Source of the DNA: a virus
Strand: one strand, 5' to 3'
DNA length: 64,000 nucleotides
IMG/VR virus record: IMGVR_UViG_3300007640_000027
Below are positions 38,601 through 48,113 of the stretch, piece after piece. Position 1 is the first letter of the stretch, and every line of letters starts with the position of its first letter. The notes under the pieces are model-generated. The model made no database searches and was not told where the DNA came from. It saw nothing but the letters and a program-made list of their open reading frames with translations. Position numbers and translations under genes: made by a program.

Positions 38601-40674
38601 TTTCTATTATGTTTGGTGTTACAGAATCAAAATAAGTCGCTCTCTGATTCATAGAATTTAAAGACTGAGCCAAAGTTACATTACTACCTACCGTATAGTC
38701 AGTTGGACTCTGAGGTTGTGTATTATAATCTAAGTAATATACTGGTGATAAATAAAATTGATTAAAAATATTTTCATAACCTGTAACCGTATTCAAATTA
38801 GGGTCTACATTGTAACCTGACAATAATTGTGCAGCACGATAAAAAGATCCCACCGTACCCGTATTACATGCCAACGGAGGAAAATGATTTACTGATGTCA
38901 CATTCGCCAATATACCACTACCTGAAACACCTTCAACAACCTCAGGTGGCGGAATATAACCCGGTCTATAATCTGTAGTTGAAGCCGGCTCAGAATTACA
39001 TTCACATAATTCACAGTCAGGAAAAGATAACATTGGAAGTGTGATGTTTTTAAGTGGATTTGTTTTTGGTAGAATAAATCCAGTTAAAACTCTCAGAGGA
39101 AAATACAGTAAACCCAAAATATGTACGACAGGAATAAGAGCAATTAAAGTAGTTTGAATTAATGTAATGAATATATTAAAAATTATATAAGTCATTTTAA
39201 ATTCCTTTTGTGCATCATTTACAGGGAAAGGATTATTTTCATTTCTACAACTGTCATCATTAATTTGTTTTATTCCTAAATGACGATTACGATTTAAACC
39301 CCATTTAAATCTATCAATAAAAGATGCAACAGTATAAACTTTACTATAATCAAATTCATAAAACCTATCTTTACAAGTTACCGCTTCTCTAATCATTGCA
39401 CGACCTTCTGCAGTATTTGGATCTCCATAATCAAACCAATCTAAAGAAAAAGCATACGAATAATTCCTTTGGGTATCACTCGGCGAAGTTTGATTATCTA
39501 CCCAACCTACTTCTTTAATGTTTGGTAATAGATAATGCGGTCTTTGTACCGTTGAATCAGTAGTGTTATTAAACCATTTAAATTTAAATCTATATCTACC
39601 TTTTGTTGGAATACCTCTACTATCATCATTTGATACCACTCTCTCACCAAATTCATTTGTGTAGACATAGTCCAAATTCATCGGTAGATCAATTAAAAAT
39701 GTTCCATTTTCATCAATCGCATTTTCTGAATTCTCAACCCTATATTCCTCCAAAACAGGTAACCCATCAGAATCTAACTCACTAGTTTGACGTATCGCAA
39801 TAATTTCACCAGGCCCCGTCTCCATTCCACATAACCGACCTGTTTTTAATTTTGGCTTACAATTTCGCTTCAAATATTCGTCCCCATTTGAAGATAATAT
39901 AGATCCCATAAACACCGCAGTTGGCTCAATTTCAATACCCAACTCAGATAAATCAAAATCGTGTCTTACTATTCCAATATTACAGATATCATCCTCACCC
40001 CAAAATGGTGTTACATCAATATTAACCGTTTGATTTACAATTTGTGGAAGTGAACCCAAACTTTCTGATGTTTTAAAATTGGACCCTTCAAATTGTTCAA
40101 CGGTTCCTCTACCCATTCTTCTTAAATCTGAAGGTGTCAAAGAAAATTCACCAATATTAGATAAATCCAAATCCAATACTAATTGTTGATTACCTAATGG
40201 AACCCCAACAATCATAAAGTCACCCGACTCATTTGTTCTTACCGTATACTTATAATATTTTTCATAGACATATAATACTTCTTTTCTTGTTAAAACATCT
40301 TCTCGTGACGGAAAAGTACCTGTTGCTCTATGTCCTTGATATTCATCTACATATGGTAGTAGATTATACCTATAACCATCTTCATTTAATTCTGTAACTC
40401 TTTTATATGGGTACAAAGTGGAAATGATTGGATCCGCTTCATCAATTTCATCTAAAGGAATGAATATTGAAACGTGAGCATTAGGTATACCATAACCACC
40501 ATTAGCTATTACTCTACCTGCAACTACACCGTAATCGGCGCAGAAACGACTATATAAATCTTCTTGTCTTAATTTTAAAGATAAAATCTCCAAGTAATCA
40601 AAATCTTGATCTATTTTTACCTGTAAAGTTTTATCGGTATTTAACTCAGTTCTTAATCTATATGACTTAGGCAT
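35671..40674 (-). CDS. Large baseplate-associated protein (about 1667 aa) with an internal hydrophobic segment
   Basis: Probable start is ATG 40674 (MPKSYR), 17 nt below a TATTTAT motif, whereas the track start at 40707 is TTG. N-terminal GVVAGRVIANGGYGIPNAHVSIF beta-sandwich. Lies downstream of the gp6-like gene. Confidence 0.6.
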   Translation of the reverse strand: MPKSYRLRTELNTDKTLQVKIDQDFDYLEILSLKLRQEDLYSRFCADYGVVAGRVIANGGYGIPNAHVSIFIPLDEIDEADPIISTLYPYKRVTELNEDGYRYNLLPYVDEYQGHRATGTFPSREDVLTRKEVLYVYEKYYKYTVRTNESGDFMIVGVPLGNQQLVLDLDLSNIGEFSLTPSDLRRMGRGTVEQFEGSNFKTSESLGSLPQIVNQTVNIDVTPFWGEDDICNIGIVRHDFDLSELGIEIEPTAVFMGSILSSNGDEYLKRNCKPKLKTGRLCGMETGPGEIIAIRQTSELDSDGLPVLEEYRVENSENAIDENGTFLIDLPMNLDYVYTNEFGERVVSNDDSRGIPTKGRYRFKFKWFNNTTDSTVQRPHYLLPNIKEVGWVDNQTSPSDTQRNYSYAFSLDWFDYGDPNTAEGRAMIREAVTCKDRFYEFDYSKVYTVASFIDRFKWGLNRNRHLGIKQINDDSCRNENNPFPVNDAQKEFKMTYIIFNIFITLIQTTLIALIPVVHILGLLYFPLRVLTGFILPKTNPLKNITLPMLSFPDCELCECNSEPASTTDYRPGYIPPPEVVEGVSGSGILANVTSVNHFPPLACNTGTVGSFYRAAQLLSGYNVDPNLNTVTGYENIFNQFYLSPVYYLDYNTQPQSPTDYTVGSNVTLAQSLNSMNQRATYFDSVTPNIIETEIINDQLQGVPNNSQAFTDLPLILVMDSGTTISASTIMSFVNPSGITDNNFGLYSGTGLNQFNNFNLTGSSLNSSTNYVGSSVTYIKPDGTVGVVNIDIYNTQTSNSYNFTSGIEYFQVITGMTLSEAESKLGSGVSLLKKYIFEKTSQFFCTSSGSIIDFTDIDLFRDVATTDISASSPTNIPGNSNAVIYFLTRGVDVYTPKQKIKYDLSKLFGETSFNGTVEVSGNYFLNVPIQPNTGVGTWFHDYKTPESHYDYLTSTNLYNDSVNNNSSLYHPSFTFVPDSNDYVSYDTSGFTFYSSIDKSVSSILSDPAYSFGSNGYETVNNELSTTLIERVEGSTYQFSNFNNPNGNGIIVNNPSAKVWTISSSYHFSGTTSNPKTTMSNSNNIVFRSDRLPTSDFEKYGFDNTINTILKFQNFALHLNRDFTAYLFDDQGSVSDIIGGELTTTNFDVSGTGQDSQEDTTVLDQSLLDQFYSCGNMDLLQCYDGFGNSFGLKPASDKNCDYGLSINRYNRMKNGCYVLVRDPFILSIPVDYKMLFEWVSRIKFIQGLCDNVIGEMFQNNWVNGSLYMIPFQKNTIYNSSNEVQRYEYCGDDNNFFSGLNHQGPVYFDNSTNNFYHRSTPSKYNVANDDFDFIGQVPSRTGYFGQNDTNLWFPTTVMELGPKAPYLVNANLDPNYLGYYVNTLKPTTYNNNDDISALSAIGILTNSANKQQGTTGLSLFDSQSINMFFNNRVVSNTTGTFQRLFDGRITGDVAQAYSINSEYGIVPFFDGNYPSSAQQLIPELININFLGFTIPIPARTTIGIFYGANTVNRRLLTDGEITIGPITNGIQNKFGYSNTQEVSGYPWIIKYDAFTASLWGRTTNNWYTVANSNTGTFPKREYQGDNFNTSPSPYVNPAGGFGTGYIYNRINGVPAPIFNTAGQTNNIIGYDSEGYLDYGFKVGAPFHFYFGLKKGKTAMDRFIKDYLTVQ

Positions 40675-40691
40675 TAATACTTGGTTTTTTG

Positions 40692-40698
40692 ATAAATA
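40692..40698 (-). promoter_or_regulatory. TATTTAT upstream motif
   Basis: Lies 17 nt upstream of ATG 40674. Confidence 0.5.
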
Positions 40699-40750
40699 TT
40701 TATACAAGTAATTTTAAATAAAATAAAAAGAAAGTATATTGTTACAAGAA

Positions 40751-42589
40751 TCAACTGAAATCTACGTTAGTTAGATTTTTAATTCTTACTTTGATATCTT
40801 TTTGTGGGAATCTAATCTGATAAATCTGACTTGGTTCGGCAAAAATAGTATCATCAATCAATTGAATTTGTTTTGTGGTAGAATCTGAATATCTTTGTGA
40901 TGTCTCAGATGATGAATACTGACCCCCAACTTTATTGAATATTTTTAGATCTGATAATGTAACAACACCAGGAATATCTTGTACTATTCTTCTGATATCA
41001 GAAACATTCACATTTTTACCTAAATTATTATTAACAGGTGTCATATATGAATCAATAGAATTAACTATATTTGTAATCACATTACCCTGACTTTGTGTTG
41101 ATTCAACAACAACAGATACTTCAAACTCCAAATCAATAACTTGTGCTGTGGTTACTTCAATATAATCATTTATCATTCTGTAATTAGATAAATAATTTGC
41201 AATATTTTGTTTTAATGTGTTTGAAACCAAACTTGTTAATTTACCTGTGCTATCATAAGATAATGTCTCAATTTTTATCTTATTATCATCTTCAATTATT
41301 GAAACTTTTGCTGGTGATCCAAACTTTCCTGGCATAGTTCTTAATAAAGAATTATAATCATTAATGGTTACCGCTCTTTTTTGTGCCGCAAAGTTAAAAC
41401 TGACCATATTTCTGATCTCCTCAATTGTTGGTATATCTGCCCCACCAATAGCTGCGGTCACATTGTTACATCTCAAACTATTAATTACGTTTTGATTAAC
41501 TATATTTGAAGGACCGTTTACCGAAAAATATGTATTACCAAATGAAGTTAATGTGTTAACACCAATATTTGTTGCAACACCACCACCAATTCTATATTGA
41601 ACAAATAATGTGGTATTTGGTCTTACTGTTAATCCTAATCCAATATTATTTTGATATTGTTCCAATCTTAAAGGAACTCCCGTTCTTGCAAATTGAGCCA
41701 ATTGTTCGTCAGGTGTTGTTGTTCCACCACCAAAAGTTAACTTGCAAAAACCTTGTGGTGTAAATTCTGAAACAAAACGATTTTCTGTTTCCAAATATCT
41801 CCCAACTTTAATCCCTGGTTGGTCTGAAGCCTTTGTTGGATCTTCAATAAAAACTCTGTCTTCTGCTAAAGCATCAACCTCATACCATTTGTTTGGTGAA
41901 TTTATAAATTCATCATACGTTGGAGGTGTTTGATAATTCGTTCCACTTTTTTCAATAACCGAAGTAATACTTAACACATTCGGCTCAGGCAAAAAGAACT
42001 CAAAAAATGGTTTTACATTTGAAGGATTAATAACCCTTTTAAACGTTTTTGTAATACCGTTAACCACCACTTCTCTTTTTGTAATGGTGTAACTAACCAA
42101 AATGTTATTATTGTCAAATACAGGAACTTTGGTACGGTTTGGAAAACCATCGTTATTGTATTGTGATGAAAAATCAATATCATATATATTCTCAAATACT
42201 TGACCGGCACCGATGAATTGTGATCCCGCTCTCAATATTCCAAGATATCTAGTATCTTCTGAATCTCCGTTAGCAGGAACGGTAATACTCACATCCACAA
42301 TCGCAATTGAGGGTCTGTTACCAGGTATTTTTAAACCATAAGTTCTCGCAATGTTAAAAATAGAGGTTTTTTGTTGGGCATATTGTAGGACTGTTTCTTG
42401 AATACTACGGTCCATATGGTAATGTAAATTATCACCAATCGCAGCGTTTAAGTCCAAAAACACAGAATAAACAGACGCATCATTAAAATTATCAATAAGT
42501 TCTGGATAATACTGTCTTGTGTAGTTTATTAACTCTGTTCTTAATGATTCAAAATCTCTGTTTACGTATGATATTTTTCTATTTGCCAT
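40751..42589 (-). CDS. Baseplate wedge subunit (T4 gp6 / baseplate J-like)
   Basis: YVNRDFESLRTELINY...NFNDAS, YRIGGG..TNIG and AAIGGAD...QKRAVTINDY motifs. Follows the gp25-like gene. Confidence 0.85.
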   Translation of the reverse strand: MANRKISYVNRDFESLRTELINYTRQYYPELIDNFNDASVYSVFLDLNAAIGDNLHYHMDRSIQETVLQYAQQKTSIFNIARTYGLKIPGNRPSIAIVDVSITVPANGDSEDTRYLGILRAGSQFIGAGQVFENIYDIDFSSQYNNDGFPNRTKVPVFDNNNILVSYTITKREVVVNGITKTFKRVINPSNVKPFFEFFLPEPNVLSITSVIEKSGTNYQTPPTYDEFINSPNKWYEVDALAEDRVFIEDPTKASDQPGIKVGRYLETENRFVSEFTPQGFCKLTFGGGTTTPDEQLAQFARTGVPLRLEQYQNNIGLGLTVRPNTTLFVQYRIGGGVATNIGVNTLTSFGNTYFSVNGPSNIVNQNVINSLRCNNVTAAIGGADIPTIEEIRNMVSFNFAAQKRAVTINDYNSLLRTMPGKFGSPAKVSIIEDDNKIKIETLSYDSTGKLTSLVSNTLKQNIANYLSNYRMINDYIEVTTAQVIDLEFEVSVVVESTQSQGNVITNIVNSIDSYMTPVNNNLGKNVNVSDIRRIVQDIPGVVTLSDLKIFNKVGGQYSSSETSQRYSDSTTKQIQLIDDTIFAEPSQIYQIRFPQKDIKVRIKNLTNVDFS

Positions 42590-42594
42590 TACTG

Positions 42595-43056
42595 TTAAAT
42601 ATTAATTATAATGAAATCTTTTGATTCAAAAGCGGTATCTTTAAAACTATAATCTATTCTTAGTTTTGCTGTGTATTCTTCTGTACCTCTTCCTGCAACA
42701 CGAAAAACCTGACCCCCCAACTTTTCATAGTTTAATTCACCTTTGGCTTCATCATCTTCCAAATAAGGTTTTATAGATATTTCATTTATTTGAAGATTTG
42801 GTATGTATTTATCAACCGCATCTCTGATATCTGCCTTTATAGATTCAAAAGTTATTGTGTCTAACTGTTCAAAAATGAATTCATAAATTCTAGTACCAAA
42901 ATCAGGAAGATAATATCTTGATCCTTTTCTTGTTAAAATTAAATGCAATAGATCAGTCCTTATTTCTTCATCCGTTGTTTGAGATAAAGAAAGGTACTTA
43001 CCTTGATCACTTTCACGAAAAGGAAAGTTTATTCCATATGTTTTTCCTAGTGCCAT
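42595..43056 (-). CDS. Baseplate protein gp25/GPW family
   Basis: GINFPF...LILTRKGSRYYLPDFGTRIYEFIFE...YIPNLQI. An alternative start exists at 43080. Confidence 0.85.
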   Translation of the reverse strand: MALGKTYGINFPFRESDQGKYLSLSQTTDEEIRTDLLHLILTRKGSRYYLPDFGTRIYEFIFEQLDTITFESIKADIRDAVDKYIPNLQINEISIKPYLEDDEAKGELNYEKLGGQVFRVAGRGTEEYTAKLRIDYSFKDTAFESKDFIIINI

Positions 43057-43062
43057 TTTAAC

Positions 43063-43095
43063 ATAAATATAATCGGACATAATTTTATATAAATA
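43063..43095 (-). promoter_or_regulatory. Two TATTTAT motifs at the head of the baseplate/fibre operon
   Basis: Copies at 43063-43069 and 43089-43095, immediately downstream of the terminator at 43102. Confidence 0.5.
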
Positions 43096-43101
43096 ACAAA
43101 T

Positions 43102-43133
43102 AAAAAAGGTCAGACAATGTCCGACCTTTTTTT
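43102..43133 (-). terminator. Intrinsic terminator ending the replication/RNR operon
   Basis: Minus strand GGUCGGAC-AUU-GUCUGACC-UUUUUU, with a G-U pair only on the minus strand. Confidence 0.8.
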
Positions 43134-43210
43134 CTTCCTTAACCTTAATTTTAGTATTTAGTCGTACAATATACCATTTTTTGGTACATTGCGTGATTAT
43201 TTACTAAAAA

Positions 43211-44917
43211 TTAACCTTCACATGCAACACACTGCAAATCATTCAAATTCAATTTTCTACGAGAGAACGCCTGTGCTGAATTCATAGAGTGTTGATAATA
43301 AAGGGTTTTTACTCCCAACTGCCAAGCTTCAATAAGAAGTTTGTTCACATCCTTTGTTGGCATGTCAGGTGATATCATCAAATTAAGTGATTGTGACTGA
43401 TCAATATAATCTTGTCTTACCGCCGCTTGATTGATGATTGATGACTGATTGATCTCAGCAAAAGTCCTAAATACATCCTTTTGTTCATCAGTCAGAAAGT
43501 CCAGATGTTGTACCGAACCATCTTTTTTCTTAATACTATCCCATACCTCTTTGGTATCCTTACCCATTTCAATGAGAAGTTCTTTAAGTACCGGATTTTT
43601 AATCGTAATTTTAAGTTTTGCAACATCTTTTACAAAACAGTTTGAGAATAAAGGTTCTATTGATTGAGAAACTTGACCCAAAATAAATGCTGATGAAGTT
43701 GTTGGTGCAATCGCATTCAATGTAACATTTCTACGACCATAACCTTCCAAATATTCAGGTTCACCAAATATATCAGCAAGTTCTTGAGATGCTTTATATG
43801 ATTTTTGTTGAATTAATTTAAATACTTCAACATTCAATCTCGCAGTCTCTCTAGTATCAAAAGGTAATCCTTTTGATTGTAGTAATGAATGCCAACCTAA
43901 CACGCCCAATCCTAATGCTCTTTGACGTTTTGCGAAATTATATGCCTTTTCTAAGTAAAAGAATGCTCTTTGACCCTCAATCGTACCATTGTCTCTTAAA
44001 TCTTCAATTTTTGTTAAGAACTCAGTAACAACTGCGTCCAAGAAATAAACCATCGTTTCTACCGCATCAGTATCTTTCCATTCATCATAATGTAAAAGGT
44101 TCATTGATGATAAAACACAAACGAACGACTCTTCTTCAGAATTATGTAATGCAATTTCAGAACATAAATTTGAATTATAAATCTTCGCACCTTTATCTTT
44201 ATAAACTTCAGGAGCCTTATTGTTCATTGTGTCGTGGAACATAATATAAGGATATCCAATTTCTCCACGTCTTTGAATTACTTTTGCCCAAATCGCTCTT
44301 TTTTCTTCATCACCTTCAATCATTTGTTTCATAAAATCATCAGTTACTGTAACTGCGTGAGTTAAATCCTGAATAGGAAAACCTTCAGTACCAATTTCCA
44401 AAAATTCCATAATATCGGGATGTTCCAGTGGTAAATATGGTGAAAAACGACCACGACGAGTTGATCCTTGTGAAATGTTATCAACCACACTTTCAAATAA
44501 ATTCATAAAATGAACCGCACCAGGTGCATGACCATTATCTGTTACTTTTGCACCTCGTCCACGAATGTTACCAAAGTATCCTGATGTTCCACCACCCATC
44601 TTACTCATCTCACCAACTTCTGCTTGAGTATATAAAATAGACTCAATATTATCACCTATATTAGAACCGAAACAACTAACAGGTAACCCTCTTCTTTTAC
44701 CAAAGTTTGCCCATACGGGTGATGATAATGAATACCACCCACGACCCATATAGTCATAAAATTTATCAGCGAACCCTTCAATATTTAATAACTTTTCTGC
44801 GTGCTCAGCAATAACTCTAATCCTATCCAAAGGTTCTTCACCTTCACTCAAATATCCTCTACGAAGAAATGTGATTGACTCTTCATTAATCCATTCAAAA
44901 GGTTTTCTTTCTTTCAT
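43211..44917 (-). CDS. nrdA: Class I ribonucleotide reductase alpha subunit lacking an ATP cone
   Basis: PVSCF, SNLCSEI, APTTSS, KTLYY and C-terminal CVAC. Only 568 aa. Confidence 0.95.
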   Translation of the reverse strand: MKERKPFEWINEESITFLRRGYLSEGEEPLDRIRVIAEHAEKLLNIEGFADKFYDYMGRGWYSLSSPVWANFGKRRGLPVSCFGSNIGDNIESILYTQAEVGEMSKMGGGTSGYFGNIRGRGAKVTDNGHAPGAVHFMNLFESVVDNISQGSTRRGRFSPYLPLEHPDIMEFLEIGTEGFPIQDLTHAVTVTDDFMKQMIEGDEEKRAIWAKVIQRRGEIGYPYIMFHDTMNNKAPEVYKDKGAKIYNSNLCSEIALHNSEEESFVCVLSSMNLLHYDEWKDTDAVETMVYFLDAVVTEFLTKIEDLRDNGTIEGQRAFFYLEKAYNFAKRQRALGLGVLGWHSLLQSKGLPFDTRETARLNVEVFKLIQQKSYKASQELADIFGEPEYLEGYGRRNVTLNAIAPTTSSAFILGQVSQSIEPLFSNCFVKDVAKLKITIKNPVLKELLIEMGKDTKEVWDSIKKKDGSVQHLDFLTDEQKDVFRTFAEINQSSIINQAAVRQDYIDQSQSLNLMISPDMPTKDVNKLLIEAWQLGVKTLYYQHSMNSAQAFSRRKLNLNDLQCVACEG

Positions 44918-44938
44918 TTTTACTTTTTTTAATTGTTT

Positions 44939-46219
44939 TTAAAATAAATCGTTTGACGTAATAGACTTTGTCTTCTTACTATAATTAATACTTCTTTTAT
45001 TGAAGAAGTCTGTATGTTTTGTGGTTAAAATTTCATCATCAAACCACTCGGTAGTTTCTAATATTGTTTCATTAACATCAAAAATACTATCAATACCTAT
45101 TGAATTTAATGATATATTAAATCTATGTTTAATAAATTCCATAGTTTGTGATTTAGTTAAAAAATCCAAATCCCCTTTCTCAAAAATCCAATCCACAATT
45201 TCTTTTTCTGCTTCATATGCCTCCATAGTGGCAGAAACTAAATCTTCAACTAATTGATCAGTCCACCAGTTTGGATTTTCAGATTTAATCGTGTTAACCA
45301 AATCAAAACCAAATTCCGCATGAATGTTCTCTTCTTTTGATGTCGCTTCAACAGCATTTGAAATACCTTTTAACATATTTTTATGCTTATTAAAAGACAT
45401 TATAACCAAGAATTGAGAGAATAACGATACATTCTCAACAAACATTGAAAATAATACTACAGACTCAAAGTAATCACGGTTCTCAACCGCTTTTGAATTG
45501 GTAATTGATTTTTCCAAATACTTGATTCTTCTTCTAATTGACGGAACTTCCAATAAGTTTTCAAATTCTTTGTTTAACCCTAACAATTGAATCAGGTGAG
45601 AATATGCATCTGCATGTCTAACTTCAGATTCCGCAAATGTTGCACCAACATTACCAATTTCAGGTTTTGGCATTCTCTTATAAATGTCACCCCAAAATGT
45701 TTTAACTGCAACTTCAATCTGAGAAATAGCCAACATCGCTCTTTCAACCGCAGATCTTTCTTTTTCGTTCAAATGAACTTTAAAATCTTGAATGTCTGAA
45801 GTGAAATTAAATTCAGTATGAACCCAGTATGAGTGACGAATAGCATCCACATATTCGTTCAAATTTGGATATTCAAAAGGTTTTAAGTTTACTCTTTTTG
45901 AAAAGATATTTGGTCGGTTTTTTGCCCGATAAATGATATATTCTTTTGCAACATCATTTAATCCATTATCCATCAATTTGTTTTCCACCATATCGTGAAT
46001 TTCATCCACGTGTGGTACGTGATCTTTATTGTTTCTGAAAATTGCTTTGGTTGAAATTCTTGCAATTTTTTCGGCCATTTCGTCGTCAACTGTTCCGACG
46101 CTATTCATCGCTTTTAAAACCGCCATTTCAATTTTTTCACTTTCAAATAATACTTTGTCTCCGTTTCTTTTTATTACGTAACGAAGATCCTTATTTACAT
46201 TGTCTACTAAACTTTCCAT
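44939..46219 (-). CDS. nrdB: Class I ribonucleotide reductase beta subunit with N-terminal ATP cone
   Basis: VIKRNG...FESEKI ATP cone, followed by ferritin-like SQIE, ESEVRHADAY, VENVSLFSQF and EENIH. Confidence 0.93.
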   Translation of the reverse strand: MESLVDNVNKDLRYVIKRNGDKVLFESEKIEMAVLKAMNSVGTVDDEMAEKIARISTKAIFRNNKDHVPHVDEIHDMVENKLMDNGLNDVAKEYIIYRAKNRPNIFSKRVNLKPFEYPNLNEYVDAIRHSYWVHTEFNFTSDIQDFKVHLNEKERSAVERAMLAISQIEVAVKTFWGDIYKRMPKPEIGNVGATFAESEVRHADAYSHLIQLLGLNKEFENLLEVPSIRRRIKYLEKSITNSKAVENRDYFESVVLFSMFVENVSLFSQFLVIMSFNKHKNMLKGISNAVEATSKEENIHAEFGFDLVNTIKSENPNWWTDQLVEDLVSATMEAYEAEKEIVDWIFEKGDLDFLTKSQTMEFIKHRFNISLNSIGIDSIFDVNETILETTEWFDDEILTTKHTDFFNKRSINYSKKTKSITSNDLF

Positions 46220-46245
46220 AATCTTTGTTTTTTTTTGTCGGTTAA

Positions 46246-47619
46246 TTAGGCTTCTTTTTGTTTGCGTTTTGCCATTAACTCTTTGATTCGTTCTTTATTC
46301 CTTTCTTCTTTTTGTTCTTCAATACCTAAGAACGTACTTGATTGTTCAGTATCAATAACCAACATTTCATTATCATACTTACAGTTTTCAAATACAATAC
46401 CATCTTTACCAATACGAGATTTGGTAATTGCGATTGTCGCCAGGTTCATCTCTTTTTGTACAAGTGATTTTGCCACTGAAATAATAACGTGACCCACTTG
46501 TGCTTTTTTAATTGAACCCCCCATCTGATCGGTAGTTACAACTTCAGATGAAATAGAAGATCGGTTACCTTGAGTTGCGGTCCATCCTGCGATGTCCAAC
46601 TCGTGACACATTGATTCAAAACCTCTCATTACAGCCCCCTCACTTTTCCATTCATCACCTAAGTTACGATCAGGTAAAACACAGTCAATATAATCCAAAG
46701 TCACCAAATCAATCTTAGTACCTTCAGCAATCATCTTGCGGATTTGATTTTTAATTTGTGACATTGTCATCTGATCTGAAGGTAATTTTTTTAAGATTAA
46801 ACGATTTGGTGCACTTTCCTTAATTTCTTTAACTTTTTCCATAACGTGTTCACGGTATTCTGACAGATTGTCAGGAGCGATACCTGTCCACATCGTAAAA
46901 TGTTTTCTTTGAATGATCTTTGGGTTATCCTCAAAGAATATCTGAAGAACATTGTAACCCAATCCAAAAGCGTGATTTGAGATCTTACTTAAGAATGTTG
47001 TTTTTCCCACACCGGTGGGTGCCAAAATAACACCGATTTCACCCTTTGCTAAACCACCTTTCATAAGGTTATCTATACCTGGAACACCTACCGGAATTGG
47101 GTGTCTGTAATCATCATTTAATACATCGTCCAGATCACTAAAAACATCGTTTGTACCTGTTTCAATTTCACCAACCTGTAGTGCGCCTCTAACCATTTCT
47201 TCTAAGTGATCATAACTTTCAAAATCACCTTTATCAATGATGTTCTGTGCTTTTGACATCACCTTTTGTAATTCTTGTTGTTTGCAGAATTTCAAAGACT
47301 TTTCTTGTACAAATGTGTGACCTGTTTCAGGTGCATCTTTTATGTCTGAGATAGTGTCAATAACCATTTTTCTCGCCATATGTGATGTTACTTCTGACTT
47401 GGCAATCTGTTCTAAAGTATCATAAGAAGGTGTATGTTCGTACTTCTTATAGTACTCTTTGATCATCTGTACGATCAACTTGAAATATTGATTGTCAAAA
47501 TATTTTGGTTCTATGACATCAATAATTGAATTTGAAAAATCTTTGTATAAAATGATGTTGTTTATTAGTTGTAATTGAAATGTATTTCCGAGGTATCCGA
47601 AGTTCTTTTCTGTTGACAT
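46246..47619 (-). CDS. dnaB: Replicative DNA helicase (DnaB / T4 gp41-like)
   Basis: Walker A APTGVGKT, LDYID, TATQGNR and KSRIGKDG. Confidence 0.9.
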   Translation of the reverse strand: MSTEKNFGYLGNTFQLQLINNIILYKDFSNSIIDVIEPKYFDNQYFKLIVQMIKEYYKKYEHTPSYDTLEQIAKSEVTSHMARKMVIDTISDIKDAPETGHTFVQEKSLKFCKQQELQKVMSKAQNIIDKGDFESYDHLEEMVRGALQVGEIETGTNDVFSDLDDVLNDDYRHPIPVGVPGIDNLMKGGLAKGEIGVILAPTGVGKTTFLSKISNHAFGLGYNVLQIFFEDNPKIIQRKHFTMWTGIAPDNLSEYREHVMEKVKEIKESAPNRLILKKLPSDQMTMSQIKNQIRKMIAEGTKIDLVTLDYIDCVLPDRNLGDEWKSEGAVMRGFESMCHELDIAGWTATQGNRSSISSEVVTTDQMGGSIKKAQVGHVIISVAKSLVQKEMNLATIAITKSRIGKDGIVFENCKYDNEMLVIDTEQSSTFLGIEEQKEERNKERIKELMAKRKQKEA

Positions 47620-47649
47620 ATATTCTGAGTTTTATTCGTTTGTGTGAAA

Positions 47650-47658
47650 TATAAATAT
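47650..47658 (-). promoter_or_regulatory. ATATTTATA upstream motif
   Basis: Intergenic, about 30 nt upstream of the helicase ATG. Confidence 0.4.
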
Positions 47659-47660
47659 GC

Positions 47661-48113
47661 CTAAACTAATCTATGTTCAAGATATTTCGTTGTAAAATTT
47701 TCACCTGAAAAAATGTCAGTCAGGTCTTTAAGTAGCTTTTTTAACTGTGGGCGGACATCTACGGTATATCTTACCTTCGGAGGGTATACTTTTGCATCTA
47801 GTCCTCTCTGACAAATTGTCTCATCTCCAATCTTAATTGTTAAGTAAAAATACTCAGGACCATCCGTATTTGCCGTATCCAAAACTGTTGGATCTTCAAT
47901 AATTTGATGATAATTGTCCATCATATAAACTAATGTTTTTTCCCTCAAATAATCTTCAAATACTGTAGTAAATTCTTTGATGGTTTCTTGTAATTCTAAG
48001 CTTCTACGAGCAACAGAATTATACCCCTTAACATTGAAGAATCTCTGTACTACAATGTTGTCATTCAAAGTTAAAATAAACTCCAATTTGGTTAGATTTT
48101 TTTTGTCTTTCAT
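47661..48113 (-). CDS. Hypothetical protein (150 aa) in the replication cluster
   Basis: ATGA overlap with the exonuclease gene. Confidence 0.7.
   Translation of the reverse strand: MKDKKNLTKLEFILTLNDNIVVQRFFNVKGYNSVARRSLELQETIKEFTTVFEDYLREKTLVYMMDNYHQIIEDPTVLDTANTDGPEYFYLTIKIGDETICQRGLDAKVYPPKVRYTVDVRPQLKKLLKDLTDIFSGENFTTKYLEHRLV

Noticed and set aside
43160-43195. Weak hairpin between the nrdA stop and the terminator as an ncRNA
   Set aside because: Short AT-rich stem with no recognisable family and too little evidence.
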